Source: Deltaproteobacteria bacterium (GTDB taxonomy: Bacteria > Desulfobacterota > Binatia > DP-6). Taken from it: 64,000 nucleotides of DNA. Position numbers and translations under genes: made by a program. The notes under the pieces were generated by a model. It was given only the letters and a program-made list of their open reading frames with translations, was not told the DNA's origin and did no database searches. The stretch's first letter is position 1, and each line of letters starts with the position of its first letter. The stretch lies in NCBI GenBank assembly GCA_005879795.1, contig VBKJ01000134.1, positions 2,515 through 66,514 on the forward strand, given 5' to 3'. Below, piece after piece: positions 44,497 to 53,805 of the stretch.

Positions 44497-45941
44497 TGGA
44501 CGTCGCCGCCGTCCTCGCCGAAGTCCGCGCGCTCGCCCACCGCGGCGAGATGCACACGATCGTCGAGCGCTACGGGGCGATCGACGACACCCCCGCGAGC
44601 GAGACCTGGAACTCGACCGAGCTCCTCTACGAGATCGGCCGCGCCTTCGGCATGCTCGGGAACGAGGAGAAGGTCGAGCGCTACCTGCTGCGCTGCGCCG
44701 AGCTCGCCCCGCGGCGCGCCGCCGTGTTCCACTGCGCCATCGGCTGGTACTTTCAGCGCAAGAAGAAGTGGACGAAGGCGCTGCGCTGGTACGACCGCGC
44801 CCTCTCCTCCTTTCCGACCTACCACCTCTGCCTCTTCCGCCGCGGCTACTGCCTCGAGAAGGTGCACCGCCCGCGCGAGGCGGTGGAGGCGCTCGCCCGC
44901 GCGCGCAAGATCTGGGAGGAGGCGCCGAGCGAGCAGCGCCAGCGCGGCCGCGGCGTGCAGGTGCAGGTACTCTTCCACCTCTCGCGCGGGCTGCGCGACC
45001 TCGGCGACTACGAGGGCGCGGCCGAGGCGCTCGATCAGTGCTGCGCGCTCGACCGCGGCAGCGACCCGCCCACCATCCGGGACGAGCACACGCTCGCCTG
45101 CCGCGGCGAGCTGCACCTGCGGCGCGGCGACCTGGACGCCGCCCTCACCGCCCTCACCGCGGCGCGCGACCTCGATCCCGGATCGAGCTACCTCTGGGAG
45201 CGCCTCGGCCGAGCCTACGAGCTGCGCGGCGAGCTCGAGGCCGCCGAGGCTTCCTACCACCACGCCACCCTCCTCCCGCGCGGCGCGTTCGCCTTCCTCG
45301 CCCTCGGCCGCTTCCACCTCCACGCCACGAGCCGGCTCCCCGAGGCGGCGTGCGCGCTGGTCGAGGCGCTGCGGCGCCTGCCCGGCGCCGAGCCCCTGAT
45401 CCACCTCGAGCTGGCGCGCCTGCACCTCGCCTGCGACCGGCCGCACGCCGCCCTCGCGCACGCGCAGCGGGCGCTCGCCTGCCGGCACGAGGGCGGCTTC
45501 CCGGAGGGGCTCCGCCTGGCCGCCGCGCTGGCCGAGCGGCTCGGGCGGCCCGACGACGCCGCCCGCTACCTGGAGCAGCTCGGGCGCCTGGTCCCCGACG
45601 ACGCGGCCCTCGCCGCGCAGCGCGCGTCCCGGGCCGCCTCGCCGGCTCCCGGCGCGACGGTGGCGCCCGACCTCCCGCTCCCGCCCGAGCTCGCCGTCCT
45701 CGACGAGGTCGCCTGCGACCGCCCCGGGGAGGAGCGCCTGGTCGGCGTGGTCGATCGCTTCTTCACGGAGAAGGGCTTCGGCTTCCTCCACTACGACGAC
45801 GGGCGCTCGATCTTCTTCCACGTCACGCAGTGCGAGGAGGGCGCCGAGGGCATCGCGCCCGGCACCCGGCTGAGCTTCCGCGTCGGTCACAATCCGAAGA
45901 AGGGCAAGACCCAGGCGGAGGCGCTGCGCCGGGTGGACTGA
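44496..45941 (+). CDS. TPR-repeat protein with a C-terminal cold-shock (CspA-like) domain
   Basis: 481 aa starting MDVAAVLAEVRAL (ATG 44496 overlaps the upstream stop, ATGA). It has TPR-like helical repeats. The C-terminus contains VGVVDRFFTEKGFGFLHYDDGRSIFFHVTQ, which matches the CSD RNP motifs (KGFGFI and the FFH block). Confidence 0.6.
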   Translation: MDVAAVLAEVRALAHRGEMHTIVERYGAIDDTPASETWNSTELLYEIGRAFGMLGNEEKVERYLLRCAELAPRRAAVFHCAIGWYFQRKKKWTKALRWYDRALSSFPTYHLCLFRRGYCLEKVHRPREAVEALARARKIWEEAPSEQRQRGRGVQVQVLFHLSRGLRDLGDYEGAAEALDQCCALDRGSDPPTIRDEHTLACRGELHLRRGDLDAALTALTAARDLDPGSSYLWERLGRAYELRGELEAAEASYHHATLLPRGAFAFLALGRFHLHATSRLPEAACALVEALRRLPGAEPLIHLELARLHLACDRPHAALAHAQRALACRHEGGFPEGLRLAAALAERLGRPDDAARYLEQLGRLVPDDAALAAQRASRAASPAPGATVAPDLPLPPELAVLDEVACDRPGEERLVGVVDRFFTEKGFGFLHYDDGRSIFFHVTQCEEGAEGIAPGTRLSFRVGHNPKKGKTQAEALRRVD

Positions 45942-46007
45942 CCCGGCCGCCGGCAGCGCGCATCGAGGACGCCGGCCGGTTGTACTGCTCCTCCAGCGCG
46001 GCCGGGA

Positions 46008-46898
46008 TCACGACCACCGGCCACGCCGCGCGTGCGGCATCAGACGCAGGCACTCGGGGAGGAAGCGCAACGTCGGGCGCGTGAGCGCCGCAAGCGCGTC
46101 GAGCAGCCGCTCGTGAGTCGCCCTCCAGGCGAGCCCGTAGCGCGTGCGCACGGCGGACGGCAGGAGCCCGATGGTGAAGAAGCGCGCAACGCGAAACGGC
46201 TCGCCGAGGGGGAGCGGGAGCGGCGGCGCCAGGATCGACGCGGCGAGGTCGCGGGCCGTCTCGCCCACGGTCAGCACGTCGTCGCGGACCATCGCGTCCA
46301 CGTAATCCTCGAACGCGCGGTGGCTCGGCGGGACGAGCGCGTCGGGGATACCGAGGAGCCGGGCGCCGACCTTCGCCTCCTCGTAGTAGGTCGCGCGGTC
46401 CTCGGGCGAGAGCGGAGCGACGAAGCGCCCGTAGACGAGGAGCGCGCTGTCGACGAGCGTGGCGTGGACCCACAGGAGGAGCGTCGGGTCGTTGGCGTCG
46501 TAGGGCGTCCCCCGCCGCCACGGGCCGACGTCGGCGTCGAGGACGCCGTGGACCCGGGCGTGGACGCGTTCGATCTCGTGGACCGCCGCCAGCGCGTGCG
46601 CCGCGTCCGCGAAGACGATGGTGAGCATCAAGTCGAGCGTCCGCCAGAGGCGCGCGAGCGGCTCGGCGCGGAAGCGGCTGTGCGCCGCGACCGCGGCAGC
46701 GACGAGCGGGTGCGCGATCTGGAGGAGAAGGGCGCGGCCGCCGCCGAGGAGCACGACCGCCTCGCGATTGACGCGCCGGATGAAGCTCTCGGAGGCGAAG
46801 AGGCCGTCCCGGGGGTCGACGACCGGGCGGCGGCACGCGGCGCGCAGGCGCTCCACGTCCTCTGCCGACAGCTCGGGATGGGCGCTAGCGGCCTGCAT
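46008..46898 (-). CDS. MpaB-family oxygenase (DUF2236)
   Basis: 296 aa. Resemblance to DUF2236/MpaB (LLLQIAHPLVAAAV ... YDANDPTLLLWVHATL). Confidence 0.5.
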   Translation of the reverse strand: MQAASAHPELSAEDVERLRAACRRPVVDPRDGLFASESFIRRVNREAVVLLGGGRALLLQIAHPLVAAAVAAHSRFRAEPLARLWRTLDLMLTIVFADAAHALAAVHEIERVHARVHGVLDADVGPWRRGTPYDANDPTLLLWVHATLVDSALLVYGRFVAPLSPEDRATYYEEAKVGARLLGIPDALVPPSHRAFEDYVDAMVRDDVLTVGETARDLAASILAPPLPLPLGEPFRVARFFTIGLLPSAVRTRYGLAWRATHERLLDALAALTRPTLRFLPECLRLMPHARRGRWS

Positions 46899-46961
46899 GC
46901 CGGGATGGTAGCCGTCGGCGCGGCCCGGGGCGAGCCTCGCGGTCGCGGGGCGCCGGGGAGA

Positions 46962-47669
46962 CTAGCGCGCGTCCGGATAGACGCGCGCCAGGCGCGCGGG
47001 CGGCACACCGGCGTAGTACGCCGCGCGGAGTGCCCACATGAGGACCACGGTGCGCGCCAGGCCGTGGCGCTGCCAGCGGCGCGCCGAGGTGGTGACCGTG
47101 TCGCGCAGACACGCGATGGGGCCCACGCGCTTCATGGCCCGGCTGAGCGCGACGTCCTCCATGAGCGGCACGAGCGGATAGCCGCCCACGCGCTCGAACA
47201 CCGCGCGGCGGACGAAGATCGCCTGATCGCCGGTCGCGACGCGCGTCAGACGCGAGCGGAGGCTGATCAGCCGGCCGAGCGCACGATAGGCGAGGCCCGC
47301 CGCGTCGAGCCGCACGTCGAAGCGGCCGCCGACCACGGCCGGATCCGCGAGCGCGCGGGCGACCGCCCGTGCGTAACCCGCGGGGACCCGCGTGTCGGCG
47401 TGCAGGAAGAGGAGCACGTCGCCGCGCGCCGCGGCCGCGCCGGCGTTCATCTGCCGCGCCCGCCCGCGCGGCGCCTCGAGCACCCGGTCGGCGCGCGCGC
47501 GCGCCACCGCGAGCGTGCCGTCGCGGCTCCCGCCGTCCACCACGATGACCTCGTGCACGCCCGGCTGCCGCGCGGCGGCGAGCGACGCGGGCAGGGCCTC
47601 CACCTCGTCGAGCGTCGGCACGACGACGGAGAGCGTCGGCGACGAGAATTGCAACCCCGCATCCCCCAC
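46962..47669 (-). CDS. Family 2 glycosyltransferase, TIGR04283-like
   Basis: 235 aa with LSVVVPTLDE, VIVVDGGSRDGT and the DXD-type motif FLHADT. Confidence 0.65.
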   Translation of the reverse strand: MGDAGLQFSSPTLSVVVPTLDEVEALPASLAAARQPGVHEVIVVDGGSRDGTLAVARARADRVLEAPRGRARQMNAGAAAARGDVLLFLHADTRVPAGYARAVARALADPAVVGGRFDVRLDAAGLAYRALGRLISLRSRLTRVATGDQAIFVRRAVFERVGGYPLVPLMEDVALSRAMKRVGPIACLRDTVTTSARRWQRHGLARTVVLMWALRAAYYAGVPPARLARVYPDAR

Positions 47670-47677
47670 GGTATAGC

Positions 47678-49552
47678 TTGACCCCGATGCTGGACGGCGC
47701 CGCGACCCCGCGCAAGCCCGTCGAGGCGCGCGACACGGTCGTCATCCGTTTCGCCGGCGACTCGGGTGACGGCATGCAGGTGACCGGCATGCAGTTCACC
47801 ACCGAGTCGGCGCTGGCGGGCAACGACCTCGCCACCCTGCCCGACTTCCCGGCCGAGATCCGCGCCCCCGCCGGCACGCTCGCCGGCGTGAGCGCCTTCC
47901 AGCTCAACTTCTCCTCGCACGAGGTCTTCACCCCCGGCGACGACCTCGACGTCCTGGTCGCCATGAACCCGGCCGCCCTCAAGATGAACGTCGGCGACCT
48001 CAAGTCGGGCGGCATCCTGATCGTCGACCGCGAGGGCTTCAACGAGCAGAACCTGAAGAAGGCCGAGTACGAGTCGAACCCGCTCGAGGACGGCTCGCTC
48101 CGGCGCTACCAGCTCTTCCAGGCCGAGGTGACCAAGCTCACCACGGCGGCGCTCAAGGACCTGGGACTCTCGGCACGCAGCGTCTTCCGCTGCCGGAACT
48201 TCTTCTGCCTCGGCATGACGTCCTGGCTCTACCACCGGCCGATCGAGCCCGCCGAGGCATGGATCAAGGAGCGCTTCAAGAAGACGCCGGAGGTGGTCGA
48301 GGCGAACGTGCGCGCGCTGCGCGCCGGCTTCAACTTCGCCGAGAACGCCGAGCTGTTCTCCGTCTCGTACGAGATCCGGCCGGCCACGATCGCCCCCGGC
48401 AAGTACCGCAACATCACCGGCAACACGGCGACCGCGCTCGGCTTCGTGTGCGCGGCCACGAAAGCGGGACGGCCCCTCTTCCTCGGCAGCTACCCGATCA
48501 CGCCCGCGAGCGACGTGCTGCACGAGCTCTCGGGCTGGAAGCAGTACGGCGTCTACACCTTCCAGGCCGAGGACGAGATCGCCGGCATCGGCGCCGCGCT
48601 CGGCGCGGCCTTCGGCGGCGCGATCGCCATCACCACCACCAGCGGCCCGGGCATGAACCTGAAGGCCGAGACCGTCGGCCTGGCGCTCGCCGTCGAGCTG
48701 CCGATCGTCGTGACCGACATCCAGCGCGCCGGCCCCTCCACCGGCATGCCCACCAAGACCGAGCAGGCCGATCTCCTGATGGCCATGTACGGCCGCCACG
48801 GCGAGTCGCCGGTCCCGGTGCTGGCCGCGGCCACGCCCGCCGACTGCTTCTTGATGGCCTTCGAGGCGGTGCGCATCGCGGTCAAGTACATGACGCCGGT
48901 CGTCCTGCTGACGGACGGCTACCTCGCCAACGGCGCCGAGCCGTGGCTGATCCCCGACCCGGCTGCGCTCCCCGACGTGCCGGTCGCCTTCCGCACCGAT
49001 CCGGGCGCGTTCTTCCCGTATCTCCGCGACGAGGAGACGCTCTCGCGCCCGTGGGTCATCCCCGGTACGCCCGGCCTCGAGCACCGCATCGGCGGCCTCG
49101 AGAAGGAGTACCTGACCGGCAACGTGAGCTACGCGCCCACCAACCACGAGCAGATGATCCGGGTGCGCGCGCGGAAGATCGCCGGCATCGTCAGGGAGAT
49201 CCCTCCGCTCACGGTCTCCGGTCCGCCCGAGGGCGAGCTGCTCGTCGTCGGCTGGGGCAGCACCTACGGCTCGATCACGCAGGCGGTGCGTGACCTGCAG
49301 GCGGCCGGCCACGCCGTCGCCCACGTACACCTCCGGCACCTGAACCCCCTCCCCTCCGACCTGGGCGGCATCCTCGGCCGCTACCGGCGGATCCTCGTTC
49401 CCGAGATGAACCTGGGACAGCTCGTGCGCCTGCTGCGCGCCGAGTACCTGGTCGACGCGATCGGCTTCAACAAGATCCAGGGCCGTCCCTTCAAGGTGTC
49501 CGAGATCGCGAGCCGGTGCCTCAAGCTCCTCGGCAAGGAGAGCCTCGCGTGA
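47678..49552 (+). CDS. korA: 2-oxoacid:ferredoxin oxidoreductase, fused alpha/gamma subunit
   Basis: 624 aa. The N-terminal gamma-like domain has GDSGDGMQVTG. The alpha domain has GSYPITPASD and TTTSGPGMNLKAE. Confidence 0.8.
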   Translation: MTPMLDGAATPRKPVEARDTVVIRFAGDSGDGMQVTGMQFTTESALAGNDLATLPDFPAEIRAPAGTLAGVSAFQLNFSSHEVFTPGDDLDVLVAMNPAALKMNVGDLKSGGILIVDREGFNEQNLKKAEYESNPLEDGSLRRYQLFQAEVTKLTTAALKDLGLSARSVFRCRNFFCLGMTSWLYHRPIEPAEAWIKERFKKTPEVVEANVRALRAGFNFAENAELFSVSYEIRPATIAPGKYRNITGNTATALGFVCAATKAGRPLFLGSYPITPASDVLHELSGWKQYGVYTFQAEDEIAGIGAALGAAFGGAIAITTTSGPGMNLKAETVGLALAVELPIVVTDIQRAGPSTGMPTKTEQADLLMAMYGRHGESPVPVLAAATPADCFLMAFEAVRIAVKYMTPVVLLTDGYLANGAEPWLIPDPAALPDVPVAFRTDPGAFFPYLRDEETLSRPWVIPGTPGLEHRIGGLEKEYLTGNVSYAPTNHEQMIRVRARKIAGIVREIPPLTVSGPPEGELLVVGWGSTYGSITQAVRDLQAAGHAVAHVHLRHLNPLPSDLGGILGRYRRILVPEMNLGQLVRLLRAEYLVDAIGFNKIQGRPFKVSEIASRCLKLLGKESLA

Positions 49553-50556
49553 GCGCCTCCGAGCAGAAGCTCACCAGGAAGGACTTCGTCTCCGACCAGG
49601 ACGTGCGCTGGTGCCCGGGGTGCGGGGACTACGCCGTCCTCTCGCAGGTGCAGAAGGTGCTCCCCGAGCTCGGCGTGCCGCGCGAGAACTTCGTCTTCAT
49701 CTCGGGCATCGGCTGCTCGAGCCGCTTCCCGTACTACGTGAACACCTACGGCTTCCACTCGATCCACGGACGGGCGCCCGCGATCGCGACGGGACTCAAG
49801 GCGACGCGCCCCGAGCTCTCGGTGTGGGTCGTCACCGGCGACGGCGACGCGCTCTCGATCGGCGGCAACCACCTGATCCACGTGCTGCGCCGCAACCTCG
49901 ACATCAACATCCTGCTCTTCAACAACAAGATCTATGGCCTCACCAAGGGCCAGTACTCGCCCACCTCCGAGGTCGGCAAGGTGACCAAGTCGACGCCCGC
50001 CGGCTCGGTCGACCACCCCTTCGACCCGATCGCGCTCGCCCTCGGCGCCGAGGCGAGCTTCGTCGCGCGCAGCGTCGACGTCGAGTCGAAGCACCTGCAG
50101 GAGATCGTGCGCCGCGCGCACGAGCACAAGGGCGCCGCCTTCGTCGAGATCCTCCAGAACTGCAACGTCTTCAACGACGGGGCGTTCAACGACGTGACCG
50201 ACAAGGCCACCAAGGCCGACTCGACACTCGTCCTCGAGCACGGGAAGCCGCTCGTCTTCGGCAGGAACCGCGACCGGGGCATCCGCCTGCGTGACTTCCA
50301 GCCCGAGGCGGTCGAGCTGGGGGGCGGGATCACGGAGGCCGATCTGCTCGTCCACGACGAGCGCAACCCTGCCCTCGCCTACCTGATCGCACGCCTGGGG
50401 CCGCCCCGCTTCCCGACCCCGATCGGCGTCTTCACCGCCGTCGAGCGCCCGCGCTACGAGGACGCCTTGAACCAGCAGGTCGCCGCCGCCAAGGCAAAGT
50501 CGCCGGCCGATCTCGGCGCCCTTCTGAACCGCGGCGACACCTGGGTCGTCTCCTAA
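49549..50556 (+). CDS. korB: 2-oxoacid:ferredoxin oxidoreductase, beta subunit (TPP-binding)
   Basis: A GTG start overlaps the korA stop (GTGA). It has WCPGCGDY and the TPP motif GDGDALSIGGNHLIH. Confidence 0.8.
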   Translation: MSASEQKLTRKDFVSDQDVRWCPGCGDYAVLSQVQKVLPELGVPRENFVFISGIGCSSRFPYYVNTYGFHSIHGRAPAIATGLKATRPELSVWVVTGDGDALSIGGNHLIHVLRRNLDINILLFNNKIYGLTKGQYSPTSEVGKVTKSTPAGSVDHPFDPIALALGAEASFVARSVDVESKHLQEIVRRAHEHKGAAFVEILQNCNVFNDGAFNDVTDKATKADSTLVLEHGKPLVFGRNRDRGIRLRDFQPEAVELGGGITEADLLVHDERNPALAYLIARLGPPRFPTPIGVFTAVERPRYEDALNQQVAAAKAKSPADLGALLNRGDTWVVS

Positions 50557-50599
50557 TCGGGATCAGGGACGACGGGAGGTAGGAGGTCGCGACGCCGCG

Positions 50600-50768
50600 G
50601 CAGCGTGCGGTGGCGGGGTGCCACCGCGGCGACCTCCACAGGCCCGCGCGCGCCTGCAGCTTCGCGGGGGGACGTGACGGCCAGCGCGGCGCGCGTGGCC
50701 GAGGACGCGGGAGCCGCGGCGGCACCCCGCCGCCGCCACCCCGCCGCACTCTCGGCGCGCTCGCCTAC
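50600..50768. repeat. Structured GC-rich intergenic repeat element of about 165 bp, copy A
   Basis: It aligns to 30023..30185 at about 85% identity with small non-triplet indels. It is flanked by short inverted repeats (CGCGACGCCGCGG at 50588 and CCGCCGTCGCG at 50769). It lies between the convergent korB and CBS genes. Confidence 0.65.
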
Positions 50769-51219
50769 CCGCCGTCGCGCCCGCGCCAGCGTTCGCCGCG
50801 CGCCGGGTCCGGCGGCACCGTGAGCACCTCGTTCGGGAAGAAGTCGGCGATGTAGTCGATGATGTCCTTCGCCGATACCACGCCGACCGGCTGGCCCGCC
50901 TCGGTGACCAGCGGCACGTGACGGAAGCCGCCCACGCTCATCTTGTTGAGGGCGTAGACGATCGGATCGTCGGGCGAGAGCACCTCGGGGTCGGGCGTCA
51001 TGAAGTCGCGCACCGAGCGCTTCTCGTCGCCCTGCCCCAGCTTCATGATGAAGTCGCGCTCGGTGACGATGCCGTGACGCTGTCGGCGGGCGCGAGGCAG
51101 AGGGGCGGCCGGGGGGCGAGATAGCGGATGGGCTCCCGGATCATGCGCTGATCGAGCACGCGTGGCGCCCGCTCGCCGCCGGTGAGGAGACTCAGATCCT
51201 CCTCGAGCCATTCGTCCAT
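50765..51219 (-). pseudogene. CBS-domain pair protein disrupted by a single-nucleotide frameshift
   Basis: The ATG at 51219..51217 opens MDEWLEEDLSLLTGGERAPRVLDQRMIREPIRYLAPRPPLCLAPADSV in one frame. The CBS core (HGIVTERDFIMKLGQGDEKRSVRDFMTPDPEVLSPDDPIVYALNKMSVGGFRHVPLV ... VGVVSAKDIIDYI) continues in the -1 frame from about 51090. The total span of 455 nt is not a multiple of 3. Confidence 0.45.
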
Positions 51220-51291
51220 GGCGCTCCCTCCTTGCCCCGAGGGCCGGTGATCGCTGGTGAGCCGGAGTCTCCGCCCGGACGCGAAAGGCTG

Positions 51292-51963
51292 TCAAGCGCG
51301 GAGGTCGAGGCCCGCCATCACGCCCGTGGTCCGGGGTAGGCTCACTTCCCCCCGCGCCAGGAGAGCGCGCAGGCGGGCCAGGTCCGCGGGCTGGTCGACG
51401 TCGAAGCTCGGGGGCAGCAGGTGTGGGGCGAGGCCCGCGGCGCCGGCCCGCGCGAGCGTCGCCTCGAGCACCCCGGCCGTTCCCCAGGCGATGCCCGCGA
51501 ACAGGTCCGGGGCCGGCCTCCCGAGGCCGATCAGGTAGTAGCCGCCGTCCGCCGCGGGTCCGAGCACGACGTCCGCGCCGTGCGCGAGCGCGGCTGCGGC
51601 CTCGGCCAGCGCCGCCGCTGGGATGTGTGGCGCGTCGGCGCCGATGGCGACGACGGGTCCGGGGCCCGCGGCGAACTCCTCGCCGATCGCCCCTGTCAGG
51701 CGCTCGCCCAGGTCGCGGCCACGCTGCGGGCGGCACCCGGCCCCGGGGAGCAGCTCGGGGAAGGGCGCATCGGGCGGCGTGTACGCCCAGGTGACGGCAT
51801 AGGGCATCGCGCCCAGGCGCTCGGCCAGGTCGAGCACGAACGCGCGGTAGAGCGCACAGGCCGCGTCGGCACCGAGCGTGGCGGCGAGCCGCGTCTTCAC
51901 CCGGCCCGCGACCGGGTGCCTCGCCATGACGACGACACGGGCTCCAGGAGGCGGTTCGGGCAC
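51292..51963 (-). CDS. TIGR04282/DUF2064-family glycosyltransferase-like protein
   Basis: 223 aa starting MPEPPPGARVVVMARHPVAGRVKTRLA, with GADAPHIPAAAL and DGGYYLIGL, the hallmarks of DUF2064. Confidence 0.6.
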   Translation of the reverse strand: MPEPPPGARVVVMARHPVAGRVKTRLAATLGADAACALYRAFVLDLAERLGAMPYAVTWAYTPPDAPFPELLPGAGCRPQRGRDLGERLTGAIGEEFAAGPGPVVAIGADAPHIPAAALAEAAAALAHGADVVLGPAADGGYYLIGLGRPAPDLFAGIAWGTAGVLEATLARAGAAGLAPHLLPPSFDVDQPADLARLRALLARGEVSLPRTTGVMAGLDLRA

Positions 51964-52353
51964 CTAAGACCCCGCGGGCCGGAAGCTTTGGAGGTAGGCG
52001 ACGATGTCGTCGATCTCCGCCGGCGAGAGGACTCCCTCGAACGGCGCCATGAGCGTGCCCGGCCGGCCCTGCGCAATCACCAGCCGGAGCTGCTCGCGCG
52101 TGCGCCCCTTCCAGAACGCGGGGTCGCGGAAGTTCCGCGGCCTGGGCTCGATGGCGGCCGCCGCCGGCCCGTCCCCGCCGCCCCCGCTGCCGTGGCAGGG
52201 CGCGCAGCGCGTCTCGTAGACAACCTGGCCCCGGGCGACGTCCACGGCCGGTTTCGCCCCCGGTCGGGGCGCCCCCGCATCGCTCCCGCAGGCGGCGAGG
52301 CAGACGAGCAGCGGGGCGAGCGCGCTGGCGGCGCGCCCCTCCCTACGCGTCAT
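51964..52353 (-). CDS. Class I c-type cytochrome lipoprotein
   Basis: 129 aa with a lipobox (LLVCLAACGS) and a heme-binding CAPCHG. Its start overlaps the grx stop by 11 nt. Confidence 0.7.
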   Translation of the reverse strand: MTRREGRAASALAPLLVCLAACGSDAGAPRPGAKPAVDVARGQVVYETRCAPCHGSGGGGDGPAAAAIEPRPRNFRDPAFWKGRTREQLRLVIAQGRPGTLMAPFEGVLSPAEIDDIVAYLQSFRPAGS

Positions 52354-52612
52354 CGCCGTCGTCTTCGACCAGCCGGTCGAGCTCCGCGCGCGCATCCAGC
52401 GTCGCCAGCTCCGCGAAGCCGCCGATCGCGCGGCCGTCGATGAATATCTGCGGCACCGTGCGACGGCCGGTACGGCGCACGAGATCGGCGCGTGCCTCGG
52501 CATCGCCCCCCACGTCGATCTCGTCGTACGGGATGCCGCGCGCCCGGAGGAGCCGCTTCGCGCGCACGCAGAACGGGCAGCTCCCCATCGTGTACACCTG
52601 CACGCGCGCCAT
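52343..52612 (-). CDS. grxC: Glutaredoxin (GrxC-like)
   Basis: 89 aa starting MARVQVYTMGSCPFCVRAKRLL, with a CPFC active site and a TVPQIFIDG ... GG motif. The rest of the 326-aa ORF is antisense to mazG. Confidence 0.8.
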   Translation of the reverse strand: MARVQVYTMGSCPFCVRAKRLLRARGIPYDEIDVGGDAEARADLVRRTGRRTVPQIFIDGRAIGGFAELATLDARAELDRLVEDDGDDA

Positions 52613-52690
52613 CGCCTCGAAGCTAGACTGCGTGCCCGGGTGTCGCAAGGCCGCGTTGACAGCGCGGAGGCGCGCCGATACGGTCGCGCG

Positions 52691-53482
52691 ATGGTCGATG
52701 CGGGTGTCGGCGAAGCGTTCACGCGCCTCGTGGAGCTGATGGCGCGGCTCCGCGCCCCGGGCGGCTGCCCGTGGGACCGCGAGCAGACGTCCGCGAGCCT
52801 CCGCCCCTATCTGCTCGAGGAGGTCTACGAGGTCCTCGAGGCGATCGACGCGGGCGACGCCGGCCACCTGCGCGACGAGCTGGGCGATCTCCTCCTCCAG
52901 ATCGTCTTCCAGTCCCAGCTCGCGTCCGAGGCGGGGCGCTTCACCATCGCCGACGTGGCGTGCGCCATCGTCGACAAGCTCGTCCGCCGCCACCCGCACG
53001 TCTTCGGCGACGCGCGGGTGCGGGACGCCGACGAGGTGGTGCGCAACTGGCGCCGCATCAAGGCCGAGGAGCGGCGCACGACGGGCGAGGACGGCGACCT
53101 CTTCGCGGGTGTGCCGGCAGCGCTGCCCGCGCTGGTGCGCGCGCAGCAGCTGGGCGAGAAGGCGGGCCACGTCGGCCTCGACTGGCGGGATGCGGGCGGC
53201 GTGCTCGAGAAGCTGCGCGAGGAGATCGCGGAACTCGAGGCCGCGCTCGCGGCCGGCGACCGCGGCCAGGTGGAGCACGAGCTGGGCGACCTCCTGCTCG
53301 CGGCCGCGAGCCTCGGCCGGCACGTCGACGTGTCCGCCGAGATGGCGCTGCGCGGCGCCAACGAGCGCTTCGTGGCGCGCGTCCGCCGCCTCGAGACGGC
53401 GGCGCGGGTTCGCGGCCAGGCGCTCGCGGACCTCGCCCCCGAGGAGCGCGACCGGCTGTGGGAGGCGGTCAAGCTGGTTTGA
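52691..53482 (+). CDS. mazG: Nucleoside triphosphate pyrophosphohydrolase MazG
   Basis: Tandem MazG domains with RLRAPGGCPWDREQT and EEVYEVLEAI, and a second EEIAELE. An alternative upstream start lies at 52640. Confidence 0.8.
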   Translation: MVDAGVGEAFTRLVELMARLRAPGGCPWDREQTSASLRPYLLEEVYEVLEAIDAGDAGHLRDELGDLLLQIVFQSQLASEAGRFTIADVACAIVDKLVRRHPHVFGDARVRDADEVVRNWRRIKAEERRTTGEDGDLFAGVPAALPALVRAQQLGEKAGHVGLDWRDAGGVLEKLREEIAELEAALAAGDRGQVEHELGDLLLAAASLGRHVDVSAEMALRGANERFVARVRRLETAARVRGQALADLAPEERDRLWEAVKLV

Positions 53483-53535
53483 CCCGTGCCCGCGCGCGTG
53501 GTACCAGCGCAGCCCCGGAGGAGGACCCGACCAGC

Positions 53536-53805
53536 GTGGCGAACCACCCCTCGGCGCTGAAGCGCCACCGGCAGAGCGAGAAGCGGCGGCTGCGCAACCG
53601 GGCGCTCAAGACCCGGCTCGGCCACTTGGTGCGTGCGGTGCGCACGGCGGTCGCGTCGCGCGACCCCGAGGCCGCCCGGACGCTGGCGCGGGCCTCGCGC
53701 GAGCTCGACAAGGCGGTGGCCAAGGGCGTGCTGCACCGCAACAGCGCGGCCCGCAAGGTCTCCCGCCTCGCGCGCGCGGTCGGCACGCTCGCTACGACGC
53801 GCTAG
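53536..53805 (+). CDS. rpsT: 30S ribosomal protein S20
   Basis: 89 aa from a GTG at 53536, starting (V)ANHPSALKRHRQSEKRRLRNRALKTRL. Confidence 0.85.
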   Translation: MANHPSALKRHRQSEKRRLRNRALKTRLGHLVRAVRTAVASRDPEAARTLARASRELDKAVAKGVLHRNSAARKVSRLARAVGTLATTR

